Of a stretch of DNA of 40,921 nt, positions 32,549-40,921 are shown in pieces; the stretch's first letter is position 1, and each line of letters starts with the position of its first letter. The translations under genes were made by a program, and so were the position numbers. The notes under the pieces are model-generated. The model saw nothing but the letters and a program-made list of their open reading frames with translations, was not told the DNA's origin and made no database searches. Source of the stretch: Candidatus Taylorbacteria bacterium RIFCSPLOWO2_01_FULL_48_100 (GTDB taxonomy: Bacteria; Patescibacteriota; Minisyncoccia; Phycocordibacterales; UBA10002); NCBI GenBank assembly GCA_001821135.1, contig MHSA01000013.1:1-40921 (forward strand), in the 5' to 3' direction.

Positions 32549-33805
32549 ATGAAAAAGAACGACAAAAAACCAGATGAAGACCTGTCTGCGCGAGACCATC
32601 GGGTTATTGGAAAAGAACTCGGACTTTTTTCGTTTTCCGACACAGTCGGCAAAGGGCTCCCATTATGGACGCCAAAGGGAACCGTACTGCGCCGCGAGCT
32701 TGAACGGTTTATCACCGACGAAGAAATACGGCGCGGATACAGCCATGTCGCAACGCCTGATATTGCAAAAATAGATTTATATAAAAAGTCGGGGCATTAC
32801 CCGTACTACAAAGAATCAATGTACGCTCCCATAGACATAGACGGCGAAGAGTTTATGCTCCGCCCGATGGCGTGTCCGCATCACTTTGAGTTGTATCTTT
32901 CTGAGCCGCGTTCCTATCGCGACCTACCAATGCGCATCGCAGAGTTTGCAAATATGTACCGTTACGAGCTTTCCGGCGTGTTGTCAGGACTTGTACGCGT
33001 GCGCGGCTTCTGCCTTTCCGATGCGCATATTATATGCGCGAACCGCGAGCAGGCGGAAAGCGAGGTTGCGAGCGTTCTTGACCTCATTGACTATTTTTCC
33101 GGCATATTTGGTCTGCGTAAAAGCGAGGACTATTGGTACCGTCTCTCGCTTGGAGACCGTGCGGACAGCAAAAAATATTACAAAGATGATGCCGCGTGGG
33201 ATGCGGCGGAGGAAGTGTTGCGAAGCGTCTTACAAAAACGCAAGGAAAAGTTTAGCGAAATGAAAAATGAAGCCGCGTTTTACGGACCAAAGATTGATGT
33301 GCAAATGAAAGATATACGCGGTTTGGAAAATACCGCTTTTACTGTTCAATACGACTTCGTGATGCCGAAGCGATTTAAGCTTGTGTATACAGACAAAGAC
33401 GGTATGGAAAAAGAATCTGTGGTGATTCATCGTTCCTCAGTCGGTGCGCTTGAGCGGCTTATTGCGTTTCTTATAGAAAAATACAACGGCGCGTTCCCTC
33501 TCTGGCTCTCGCCGGTACAGATGAAGGTGCTCCCAGTTGGCGAAAAGTTTCTGCAGTATGCAGAGAAAGTGCACAAAGAACTTGTTGTAAACGATATTCG
33601 CTCTGAACTTGACGAGTCAAATGAAACGCTCGGAAAGAAAGTGCGCTCTGTAAAATTGGAAAAAGTCCCCTATTGGATTGTGGTTGGTGAGCAAGAAGAA
33701 AAAGCCGACTCTGTAACTCTTGAATCACGCGAGGGTAACAAACAGTCGCTCTCGGTTGCGGATGCGGTTATGCTACTTAAAAAACAAATTGCAGAGAAGA
33801 AATAA
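32549..33805 (+). CDS. thrS: Threonine--tRNA ligase lacking the N-terminal TGS/editing domains
   Basis: Begins near RDHRVIG; RPMACPHH, YRYELSG.L.GL.RVR, AAFYGPKID, IHRS..G..ER, PLWLSPVQ. Confidence 0.95.
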   Translation: MKKNDKKPDEDLSARDHRVIGKELGLFSFSDTVGKGLPLWTPKGTVLRRELERFITDEEIRRGYSHVATPDIAKIDLYKKSGHYPYYKESMYAPIDIDGEEFMLRPMACPHHFELYLSEPRSYRDLPMRIAEFANMYRYELSGVLSGLVRVRGFCLSDAHIICANREQAESEVASVLDLIDYFSGIFGLRKSEDYWYRLSLGDRADSKKYYKDDAAWDAAEEVLRSVLQKRKEKFSEMKNEAAFYGPKIDVQMKDIRGLENTAFTVQYDFVMPKRFKLVYTDKDGMEKESVVIHRSSVGALERLIAFLIEKYNGAFPLWLSPVQMKVLPVGEKFLQYAEKVHKELVVNDIRSELDESNETLGKKVRSVKLEKVPYWIVVGEQEEKADSVTLESREGNKQSLSVADAVMLLKKQIAEKK

Positions 33806-33868
33806 ACCACCCCATCGCCTCGCGGACTCGGCACTCCCCCTTAAATAAGGGCGAGATTAAGAAAATGA

Positions 33869-33901
33869 AAACCCCCACACTTGTCTGACAAGTGTGGGGG
33901 T
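33869..33901. terminator. Hairpin between convergent units; near-copy of 20072-20105
   Basis: ACCCCCACACTTGTC-T-GACAAGTGTGGGGGT. Confidence 0.65.
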
Positions 33902-33944
33902 GCGGGATGTCTCTTATGGCACATCTCCCGCGAAGCCATTCCGG

Positions 33945-34028
33945 TTACTCGGTAGCCGGAAGATGGGCGGCGATTATCTGGACCCACTCGGACCAAGATA
34001 TTTTCTGCCCATTTGGTAGAGTAATCAT
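33945..34028 (-). CDS. Putative 27-aa peptide MITLPNGQKISWSEWVQIIAAHLPATE
   Basis: GGAGGAG immediately upstream of ATG 34028; lies downstream of a consensus promoter and a structured leader. Confidence 0.35.
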   Translation of the reverse strand: MITLPNGQKISWSEWVQIIAAHLPATE

Positions 34029-34187
34029 AACTCCTCCAAAAATAGGAGTCTGTCCTATTTCAGATTGCTGATTGGAACAAGGACAGCAACAAACCTGTAG
34101 TCTCCCGAAGGGAGACAACTGACAGCGCAAATGTTGGCGATGCGTCTCCGACAATGCCTTTTTGCCCACCAGCGTTTTCTACCTTAC

Positions 34188-34216
34188 AGTATAGCACCTC
34201 TCTACTCACCTGTCAA
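34188..34216 (-). promoter_or_regulatory. Near-consensus sigma70 promoter
   Basis: TTGACA-N17-TATACT with TGn extension on the minus strand. Confidence 0.7.
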
Positions 34217-34376
34217 GCACCTTCTCGTTCAACTCCCAGAAAACGGCTCAACAGCAACACAGAGTGGTGCTTGCTTGGACTTAATGGCGTAACGGCTTGA
34301 CGGAGTATCTATCCTATGCTAACCTTAATGGCGACAGTTCTTTGGTAAAACAATCAACAATGAAAGGAATGCGGTT

Positions 34377-34970
34377 ATGACAGAAACGGAATTCGAAGCA
34401 AAAACTTCTGATGTTGAGTTGTCAGAGGTGGAAATATATATCCTACGAAAGGATATTGGTCTGCCTGTCGGCGAATGTCCGTCACGCCTAGCAATATGTG
34501 GCACCGACGAAATGAGTCATGCTCGCCTCCGGTCAATCCAGATGAGAGCATGGGCAAAGTTCGGTAGCAAAGAGAACGAAGCCAAGGAGAAATCTCGGAA
34601 GAAGGAGCTGAACGAGAATCCTTCCGTGCTTAAAGCAGTTGAGCTCGTTCAAGAAGTCGGGCTCAATCATTCAGTGGTCATGGGTGGCAGTTTAATCCTC
34701 GAGGGGGGCATCTCTGACCCAATGAAAGCAATCCGAGTGCCAGCGTTTCGTACTGCAATCAGTGACGAGCATGGATTTACGAGTCGTCCTCTTGCGCAAG
34801 CAAACATGCTTCCTGCTCGCCGAGCGCTTGTTGCTCATGTGATTAACAAACTCAAAGAGTTGGGCGCAACGCTCAAGAAAAGCCACATCTGTCACTCCGA
34901 CACCGTTGATGAAGTGTATGAATTCATCTTTGACGGCCGCGAAGTCGGATTGATCCTCATGCCACATTAG
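34377..34970 (+). CDS. Hypothetical protein
   Basis: 197-aa ORF with an upstream TTGACG-N17-TAACCT promoter, AAGGA RBS, and a terminator at about 34992-35032. Confidence 0.6.
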   Translation: MTETEFEAKTSDVELSEVEIYILRKDIGLPVGECPSRLAICGTDEMSHARLRSIQMRAWAKFGSKENEAKEKSRKKELNENPSVLKAVELVQEVGLNHSVVMGGSLILEGGISDPMKAIRVPAFRTAISDEHGFTSRPLAQANMLPARRALVAHVINKLKELGATLKKSHICHSDTVDEVYEFIFDGREVGLILMPH

Positions 34971-35038
34971 GTGTAGGTGATTGAGCCACCTAAAGCCCGC
35001 GATCTGAAATATGGTCGTGGGTTTTTCTTTTTGTTACT

Positions 35039-35060
35039 TTCTAATTCGCGCGAATTAGAA
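35039..35060. repeat. 22-bp perfect palindrome
   Basis: TTCTAATTCGCGCGAATTAGAA. Confidence 0.6.
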
Positions 35061-35092
35061 GATAAAAGAACCCTTCCGTGGGGATAAAAAGG

Positions 35093-37138
35093 TTAGATAT
35101 CCAGTGTCGCCTTCTTTGCATTCGCCTGAATGAATGCCTTGCGCGCGGGAACATCCTCACCCATCAGAGTATCAAACACCTTGTCGGCTTCTTGTCCGTC
35201 TTCTACGGAAACCTTTTTGAGCGTGCGGCGATTAGGGTCCATCGTCGTCTCCCACAGTTCTTCCGGGTTCATTTCGCCCAACCCTTTGTAGCGTTGAACT
35301 GATATTTTTTGCGTTTTCTTTTCTTCTGTTATTTCTTCTTCTGTTTCTATATCTTGGATTTTTCCAGCATCTTTGCCTAAGATTCTTGCCTTCTCCTCAT
35401 CAGAGAACGCATAAAAAAACTCTTTGCCTTTTTTGATTTTATACAATGGCGGCTGTGCGATATAAATATACCCGTCGTCTATCAGCGCGCGGAAGTAGCG
35501 AAAAAAGAGCGTCAAAAGCAAAGTGCGGATGTGCGCGCCGTCTACATCCGCATCTGTCGCAATAATAATTTTGTGATAACGGAGCTTGCTCACATCAAAA
35601 CTGTCCGATATGCCAGTGCCGAGCGCGATGACAAGCGCCTTTATTTCCGCAAATCCAAGAATTTTGTCCAACCGAGCGCGTTCTACATTTAAAATCTTTC
35701 CTTTAAGCGGAAGTATGGCTTGTGTGCGCCGGTCACGCCCTTGTTTGCCCGAGCCGCCCGCGCTGTCGCCCTCTACAATAAATATCTCCGCTTCCTCCGC
35801 GCTTTTTGTTTCGCAGTCGGCAAGCTTACCAGGAAGTGTCATACCTTCTAATGCACCCTTACGCAACACCGAATCCTTAGCCGCTTTTGCCGCTTTGCGC
35901 GCGCGGAGCGCGAGGAGTACCTTGCCGATAATCGCGCGCGCGTCTTCTGGGTGTTCTTCTAGAAATGCGCCGAACGCCTCGCCAAACACAGTTGCGACCG
36001 CACTCTGCGCTTCCACGCTACCAAGCTTCGCTTTTGTCTGACCTTCAAATTGAATCTCGCGGAGCTTCACGGACACGACAGCGGTAAGCCCTTCCAGCAC
36101 ATCATCCCCGGTAAAATTGTCGTCGTTTTCCTTTACTATGCCCGCCTTGCGCGCGTACGAGTTGAGCGTGCGCGTGAGCGCTGTCTTAAAGCCGGTAATG
36201 TGGGTGCCGCCTTCCGGGTTTGAGATATTATTTGCAAAGGCAATGATGCGCGAAGAAATGTCGTCTGCATACTGGAGCGCCACGGCAACTTCTTCCACCC
36301 CATCTCCCGCCTTCTCTACTGAAAAGATATTCTTGTGTACGGGTTTTTGGTTTTCGTTGTAAAATCGCACAAGCGATATTAACCCACCCTCAAAGTAGAA
36401 CGACTGGGACGGAACATTCAGCTTAAGTTCGCGTAAGTAAAACACATCCGCGAGGTCAATTGGCTTAGGAAATGCACTGGCATCAATAACGCCAATCTGA
36501 AGACCCTTCACGAGGTACGCTTGTTCGCGCATATGCGCGACAATCTTCTCCCAATTGAACGAAATCTCAGGGAATATCTTTGTGTCTGGTTCAAAAACAA
36601 CAATTGTGCCGTGCCGCTTGCTTGCGTCAATCTTTTTTACGCGCGCCTTTGCATCGCCGCGCTCATATTCCTGCCTGTATACTCCGCCGTCGCGATGCAC
36701 TACGACTTCCATAAACACAGAGAGAGCGTTTACGACTGATGCTCCTACTCCATGCAAGCCGCCGGAGATTTTGTATCCTTCCCCGCCGAACTTTCCGCCA
36801 GAGTGGAGAGTCGTCATAATTGTTTCCAGCGCGGACACTTTTGTTTGCTTGTGCGTATCTACCGGAATACCGCGGCCGTTGTCCACAACGCGCACGCGGT
36901 TGTTCGGTAGAAGCGCGACTTCAATATCATCTGCAAACCCGCCCATCGCCTCATCGCGCGAATTGTCAAAAATTTCGGTAATCAGGTGGTGCAAGCCCTC
37001 CAGGCCTGTCGTACCGATGTACATACCCGGGCGCTTGCGCACGGGCTCCAACCCCTCTAATACGGTAATAGAAGAGGCATCGTACAGATGCCCAGAACCG
37101 TTATTTTTCGCGTCTTTACCCGTCTTGTTTTTAGCCAT
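35093..37138 (-). CDS. gyrB: DNA gyrase subunit B
   Basis: LEGLEPVRKRPGMYIG, DNGRGIP, GGLHGVGASVVNALS, EGDSAGG, PLKGKILN, TDADVDGAHI, QRYKGLGEMN; start moved to ATG 37138. Confidence 0.95.
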   Translation of the reverse strand: MAKNKTGKDAKNNGSGHLYDASSITVLEGLEPVRKRPGMYIGTTGLEGLHHLITEIFDNSRDEAMGGFADDIEVALLPNNRVRVVDNGRGIPVDTHKQTKVSALETIMTTLHSGGKFGGEGYKISGGLHGVGASVVNALSVFMEVVVHRDGGVYRQEYERGDAKARVKKIDASKRHGTIVVFEPDTKIFPEISFNWEKIVAHMREQAYLVKGLQIGVIDASAFPKPIDLADVFYLRELKLNVPSQSFYFEGGLISLVRFYNENQKPVHKNIFSVEKAGDGVEEVAVALQYADDISSRIIAFANNISNPEGGTHITGFKTALTRTLNSYARKAGIVKENDDNFTGDDVLEGLTAVVSVKLREIQFEGQTKAKLGSVEAQSAVATVFGEAFGAFLEEHPEDARAIIGKVLLALRARKAAKAAKDSVLRKGALEGMTLPGKLADCETKSAEEAEIFIVEGDSAGGSGKQGRDRRTQAILPLKGKILNVERARLDKILGFAEIKALVIALGTGISDSFDVSKLRYHKIIIATDADVDGAHIRTLLLTLFFRYFRALIDDGYIYIAQPPLYKIKKGKEFFYAFSDEEKARILGKDAGKIQDIETEEEITEEKKTQKISVQRYKGLGEMNPEELWETTMDPNRRTLKKVSVEDGQEADKVFDTLMGEDVPARKAFIQANAKKATLDI

Positions 37139-37232
37139 TTTAGTACTCTTATTATACCAAAAACCAGAACAAAAAGAAAGCGTTTGTGGATAGGAGATTA
37201 CAAAAAAAGATGCTATCTTAAATACCATCATT

Positions 37233-38252
37233 ATGGATAAAATTCTTAAAAATGTTTTATTGTTCTTATTTTTTGTTTTTATAATAAGCATACCAACCAT
37301 AACTTATGCGTATGCTTTTGAGAAAGTGTTTTATCTTTCTGGTGGTAAAAGCGGAATAGAGAGCTTAAAAAATAATGCCGATAAAATAGACATACTTGCC
37401 CCACAATCTTATTCAATCTCTGCAAAATTGTTGCCATCTGGTTCTGTAAGTGCAGAGATTAAAAACTTTGCTTCAAAAAATCATATAAAAGTTATGCCGC
37501 TTATAGTAAATGCTGGATTTAGCCAGAGCGTCATTCATAATCTGCTCACTTCAACAACCGCACAAGATAACATCATACAGTACATGATAAAAGAAGCCGC
37601 ATCTAATAACTATGTGGGGTGGCAACTTGATCTAGAGCATATTTATTTCAGAGATAAAGATCTATATTCTAATTTTGTTGAAAAAACAGCGAGTGCATTC
37701 AGAGAAAAAAATCTTATCTTAAGCATTGCCGCAGTTGCAAGAAAAAGTGACTACGAGGATTCTGATTTTTATATGAATTGGAGCGGGGCGTTTGATTATA
37801 AGCGACTTGCAGAATCCCTTGATTTCATAAGCATTATGACTTATGACGACCCGAACTCAAAAAGTTCTCCCGCAACAATCCCATTTGTAGAAGAAATCCT
37901 GGCGTATCTAATAGACAAAATTCCGCCACAAAAACTTTCGCTAGGAATCCCACTTTATTACTGGGGATGGAGTATGGAGCCATTTAAACGAGTGCGCACA
38001 GGTGGAACATACGAAAGAATAAAATTCATAAAAACTACATATCCTATTTGGTGGCAAGGTTTTGATAACACTAAGGGTGTCCCGTGGTTGTTTTATGTGG
38101 ATAGTGGAAAGAGATATATTATTTGGTTTGAAAATGAAAAGAGTTTTACAAACAGAATTGAAATAATAAAAAACGATCAATTGCGCGGGTTTTCAGCGTG
38201 GGTTTTAGGTATGGAAGATCCTAAAATCTGGAATGTGCTTGATAACAACTAA
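37233..38252 (+). CDS. Secreted glycoside hydrolase family 18 (YaaH/chitinase-like)
   Basis: Signal peptide, GWQLDLE catalytic motif, IMTYD, LGIPLY, IWFEN, GFSAWVLG.ED; AT-rich. Confidence 0.85.
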   Translation: MDKILKNVLLFLFFVFIISIPTITYAYAFEKVFYLSGGKSGIESLKNNADKIDILAPQSYSISAKLLPSGSVSAEIKNFASKNHIKVMPLIVNAGFSQSVIHNLLTSTTAQDNIIQYMIKEAASNNYVGWQLDLEHIYFRDKDLYSNFVEKTASAFREKNLILSIAAVARKSDYEDSDFYMNWSGAFDYKRLAESLDFISIMTYDDPNSKSSPATIPFVEEILAYLIDKIPPQKLSLGIPLYYWGWSMEPFKRVRTGGTYERIKFIKTTYPIWWQGFDNTKGVPWLFYVDSGKRYIIWFENEKSFTNRIEIIKNDQLRGFSAWVLGMEDPKIWNVLDNN

Positions 38253-38259
38253 CAGATAT

Positions 38260-39204
38260 TTATTGAAGATATTTTTCCTTGTTAACGACATGTTCGTCGT
38301 GTGTAATTGCATAATGCATGATTCCATTTTTATCAACAAGAAAATACAAGTATTTTGACTTAATGGGCGTAACGGCGGCTAAAATAGTTTCTAAACCAGG
38401 ATTATTGATTGGTGTAGGAGGTAATCCTTTATGAATATAGGTGTTATATGGAGAATCTATTTTTAGGTCGTCAAGACTTAATGCTGTATTCTTATCATTT
38501 TTTATATAATGAATTGTAACATCAACTTGAAGCGGCATACCAATTGATAACCGTTTCCATAAAATCCCAGAAATAATTCGTCTAGTTTCCATAATACGAC
38601 CTTCCGCTTCAAGTATTGATGCCATAATTACGACATCTTTCAGCGGTTTTTTAAACATCTGTACAAGTGATTCAATCTCGGAAATCTTTTTATTAAAATT
38701 CCTTTCCAGCACGGCAATCACGGTTTCTGCCGACACATTCGGCAGAAAATGATAGGTGTCGGGAAACAGATACCCTTCTTTCTGTGCGGCAAGAGTAAGA
38801 AATTCGCGCGCGCTGAACTTCGGCAGCGCGCGCGCAAAGATTGCCGCCATTTCTTTGTTTGTTAATCCTTCTGGAATCGCTACACGTGTCTCTTCCAACC
38901 CATATTCCCCACTCACCAAACGCTCGGCGATGCGCAAAGCCGAGGCGCGTTCTTTGAAGAAATAATCGCCAGCAATAGCGCCTGCAGAGCCGCCGCGAAG
39001 CGTTACGAATGCTTTAAGCCAAAATGCGGAGCGCACGAGGTGTCGCTTTTCAAAGTCGCTTGCAATCGCTTGAAGCGGCGTTCCTTTTTCAATTGTTAAA
39101 AATGTTTCGCGTGGAAAATCCAGCGGCGAGCGATTGTACAGCGCTTGCACAAACGCAAACAAAAAAAGTGCGATACTTATGAATATCAAAAAATATCTCC
39201 TCAT
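38260..39204 (-). CDS. mltG: Endolytic transglycosylase MltG (YceG)
   Basis: IPEG, EGYLFPDTY, MASILEAE, MPLQVD, DSPYNTY..GLPPTPINNPG, YLYF. Confidence 0.92.
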   Translation of the reverse strand: MRRYFLIFISIALFLFAFVQALYNRSPLDFPRETFLTIEKGTPLQAIASDFEKRHLVRSAFWLKAFVTLRGGSAGAIAGDYFFKERASALRIAERLVSGEYGLEETRVAIPEGLTNKEMAAIFARALPKFSAREFLTLAAQKEGYLFPDTYHFLPNVSAETVIAVLERNFNKKISEIESLVQMFKKPLKDVVIMASILEAEGRIMETRRIISGILWKRLSIGMPLQVDVTIHYIKNDKNTALSLDDLKIDSPYNTYIHKGLPPTPINNPGLETILAAVTPIKSKYLYFLVDKNGIMHYAITHDEHVVNKEKYLQ

Positions 39205-40616
39205 ACGGGAAGGTTTGGAGGCGGCTCACCCTTTCGCGACGGCGCACGGCCGATGGTCGGAGTCGCGGCGACCTTGCCCGGGAAGTGGTATATGGTTGCA
39301 AGTTCTTCCGCAGTCAAAATAAACGGTTTATTCATGTGGAAAAAGCGGTATGGGTAGTGGAAAAAGGAGCGCCTGCGATATGCGTCGTACATTTGCTTTC
39401 CGTATATTTTTTGGAAAATTGCCACCATTTTTTCCCGAAACCCCGTAAACCACAATACATCTTTTGTCTCATCTGCAAGATCGCTGTACCAACCTAATTT
39501 AAATCCGTTGAAATTATCTGCGCTGTATTGCCGAAATGCTCCCACAAGCGCTGGAATTGACTTTTGAATTTCCGACTGTGCATCTCCTTCGGCAAAGTAA
39601 AGGGCGCGAATCATACATTCGTATGCGGGCTTATTTAAACTCCGTTCTATTGCGGAAACCTGTTCTTTTTCCCCTTCAGTAAGAGTTGGCATTATAGGAA
39701 AACCTGTTGCGCTCTCTTTTCTTGTGGACTTTGTTTTTGGGTCGCGCATCAAAATATCGTTCACCAAGTCCTTTGCCTCGTCCTTCCAATCAGGTTTTTT
39801 AAACAAGTGTCCGTGAACCCAACTGCGGTCTTGATGTGCCTGCGCGAGAATTTGTATCCAGCACTGCTCGCCTTTTTTAAGCCCGCCTAAAAACTCAAGC
39901 GTAGGTGTAATCGGATCAACTTTTATTTCCTCCTCTTCTTCCTTATCCAATCCATAGTCAATGTAGGTTTTAATTGGGTATGGGTCGGGCTTTGCAAGTT
40001 TAATATGCGTTCCCCACATAAAGCGGCCTTCCGGTCCGTAGGGGTAGCGTGCCGCATAGTCAGGCGCCTCGCTTATTTCCACAGTCGGATATTGCGCGTA
40101 AATTTGCGTTTCTATAATTTTGCGGAGTTTCGGCCATACCCATACAAAAAAATGGACATCCCCTCCGAAAGAAGCGATTTCAAACGAATACCAAGGTCCA
40201 ACTTTTCCGTCCCAAAAAGTATCTACGAAGGTTACCGAACCCCTGCTCCACACGGCAGACGAAAAGAAAAGCTCCATCGCCTTCGGCGACCGTTCAATCT
40301 CGCGCGGTAGTTTTATTTCCAAAAGGACATAGCCGGTCTTTTCAAAAAACCCTGCGCGCACATATCTTAGCCACAGAGGGACAAACACAAAAATCAAAAG
40401 AATAGGAACCCATAGCGGCGCGAGCTCACGCGCCCACGCGCTGGAAATCAAAAAAATCTGCGCGAGCATATCGGGAATCCACAACGCATACACAAAAAGC
40501 CCGACCGCGCTCGCGCGAAAAAAGTACGCACGCCACGGGTTCTCTTTGTCTTTTTTAAAAAGATAGGTTACGAGCGTTCCAAACGCATTGAAAATATCTC
40601 CTAGTATCGCTCCCAT
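39201..40616 (-). CDS. Conserved hypothetical membrane-anchored protein
   Basis: 471 aa; N-terminal TMs, LLEIKLPRE..SPKAME, YSFEIAS, YPIKTY, EELATIYHFP. Resembles CPR proteins linked to VirD4/TraD-like ATPases, but has no Walker motif itself. Confidence 0.6.
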   Translation of the reverse strand: MGAILGDIFNAFGTLVTYLFKKDKENPWRAYFFRASAVGLFVYALWIPDMLAQIFLISSAWARELAPLWVPILLIFVFVPLWLRYVRAGFFEKTGYVLLEIKLPREIERSPKAMELFFSSAVWSRGSVTFVDTFWDGKVGPWYSFEIASFGGDVHFFVWVWPKLRKIIETQIYAQYPTVEISEAPDYAARYPYGPEGRFMWGTHIKLAKPDPYPIKTYIDYGLDKEEEEEIKVDPITPTLEFLGGLKKGEQCWIQILAQAHQDRSWVHGHLFKKPDWKDEAKDLVNDILMRDPKTKSTRKESATGFPIMPTLTEGEKEQVSAIERSLNKPAYECMIRALYFAEGDAQSEIQKSIPALVGAFRQYSADNFNGFKLGWYSDLADETKDVLWFTGFREKMVAIFQKIYGKQMYDAYRRRSFFHYPYRFFHMNKPFILTAEELATIYHFPGKVAATPTIGRAPSRKGEPPPNLPV

Positions 40617-40657
40617 ACAAACAGTATAGCACGCGAATCATATGGTAAAATACTGTT

Positions 40658-40921
40658 ATGCACAAAGATTTTGACGGGTGGAATACAAGCAAAAAGCGTA
40701 TTCACAAGAAAGAGGAAAATAAACTCTATCATGCGCGAGAAATTTGGTGGTGTTATTTGGGTGTTAATATTGGTTTTGAACAAGACGGTTCTGAAATTGA
40801 ACATCGCCGCCCAGTACTCATTCTTGCCGGTTTGAGCGCGCACACTTGCTTTGCACTTCCCCTCACAACGGCACCTACTAATCATCCCATGCGTCCATCA
40901 ATTGGGAACATTAACGGAAAG
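40658..40921 (+). CDS. Second PemK/MazF-family toxin, partial (runs off the window end)
   Basis: Manual translation MHKDFDGWNTSKKRIH...REIWWCYLGVNIGFEQDG..EHRRPVLIL...ALPLTT; same motifs as 25575-25985. Confidence 0.8.
   Translation, partial: MHKDFDGWNTSKKRIHKKEENKLYHAREIWWCYLGVNIGFEQDGSEIEHRRPVLILAGLSAHTCFALPLTTAPTNHPMRPSIGNINGK

Noticed and set aside
33900-34190. tmRNA, RNase P RNA, tRNA or c-di-GMP riboswitch
   Set aside because: No T-arm/CCA end, no GAGGAAAGUCC, and only superficial GGCAAA...GACGCA similarity.
37139-37300. 54-aa N-terminal extension of GyrB in the ORF track
   Set aside because: It overlaps the divergent GH18 gene and contains the promoter TGGTATAAT; ATG 37138 is the likely start.
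34279-38377. Similar strings GACTTAATGGCGTAACGGC (about 34279) and GACTTAATGGGCGTAACGGC (about 38358)
   Set aside because: Short gapped match with one copy inside mltG coding sequence; no supporting element structure, probably chance.

Overview
This looks like a chromosomal segment of a small-genome bacterium, most likely CPR/Patescibacteria (Parcubacteria-like). That call is inferred from the streamlined ThrS, GluRS and YchF, the NusB-Nudix fusion, the orphan MazF-like toxins and the many apparently leaderless genes. The housekeeping backbone is corA (partial), ychF, leuS, murG, gltX-like, an M23 peptidase, a Xer recombinase, rnc, nusB, rpmF, rnhB, dnaE, thrS, gyrB and mltG. Two accessory islands stand out. 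(1) 13.9-18.8 kb: lexA-like repressor, fused endonuclease/N6-methyltransferase, DUF3800-like gene and specificity subunit. (2) The top hit, about 23.35-27.31 kb on the minus strand: a RAMP/Cas7-like gene, a DinG/XPD-family Fe-S helicase and an orphan MazF-like gene, interleaved with five non-coding units. Each unit has a near-strict 5-nt periodicity (NGY triplet + variable NN) and ends in GG plus an AGC...GCT hairpin; two units have their own promoters. There is no CRISPR array or cas1/cas2. This looks like a VIPR-like RNA-guided system with an unusual NGY code and a helicase partner. Other oddities: convergent small structured RNAs behind the MazF-like and DUF3800-like genes, a catalytically dead P1B-ATPase remnant, an inverted-repeat-flanked ArsR gene, REP-like palindromes around a DUF559 nuclease, and a dif-like site upstream of xer. 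All calls come from reading motifs by eye; no searches were run.
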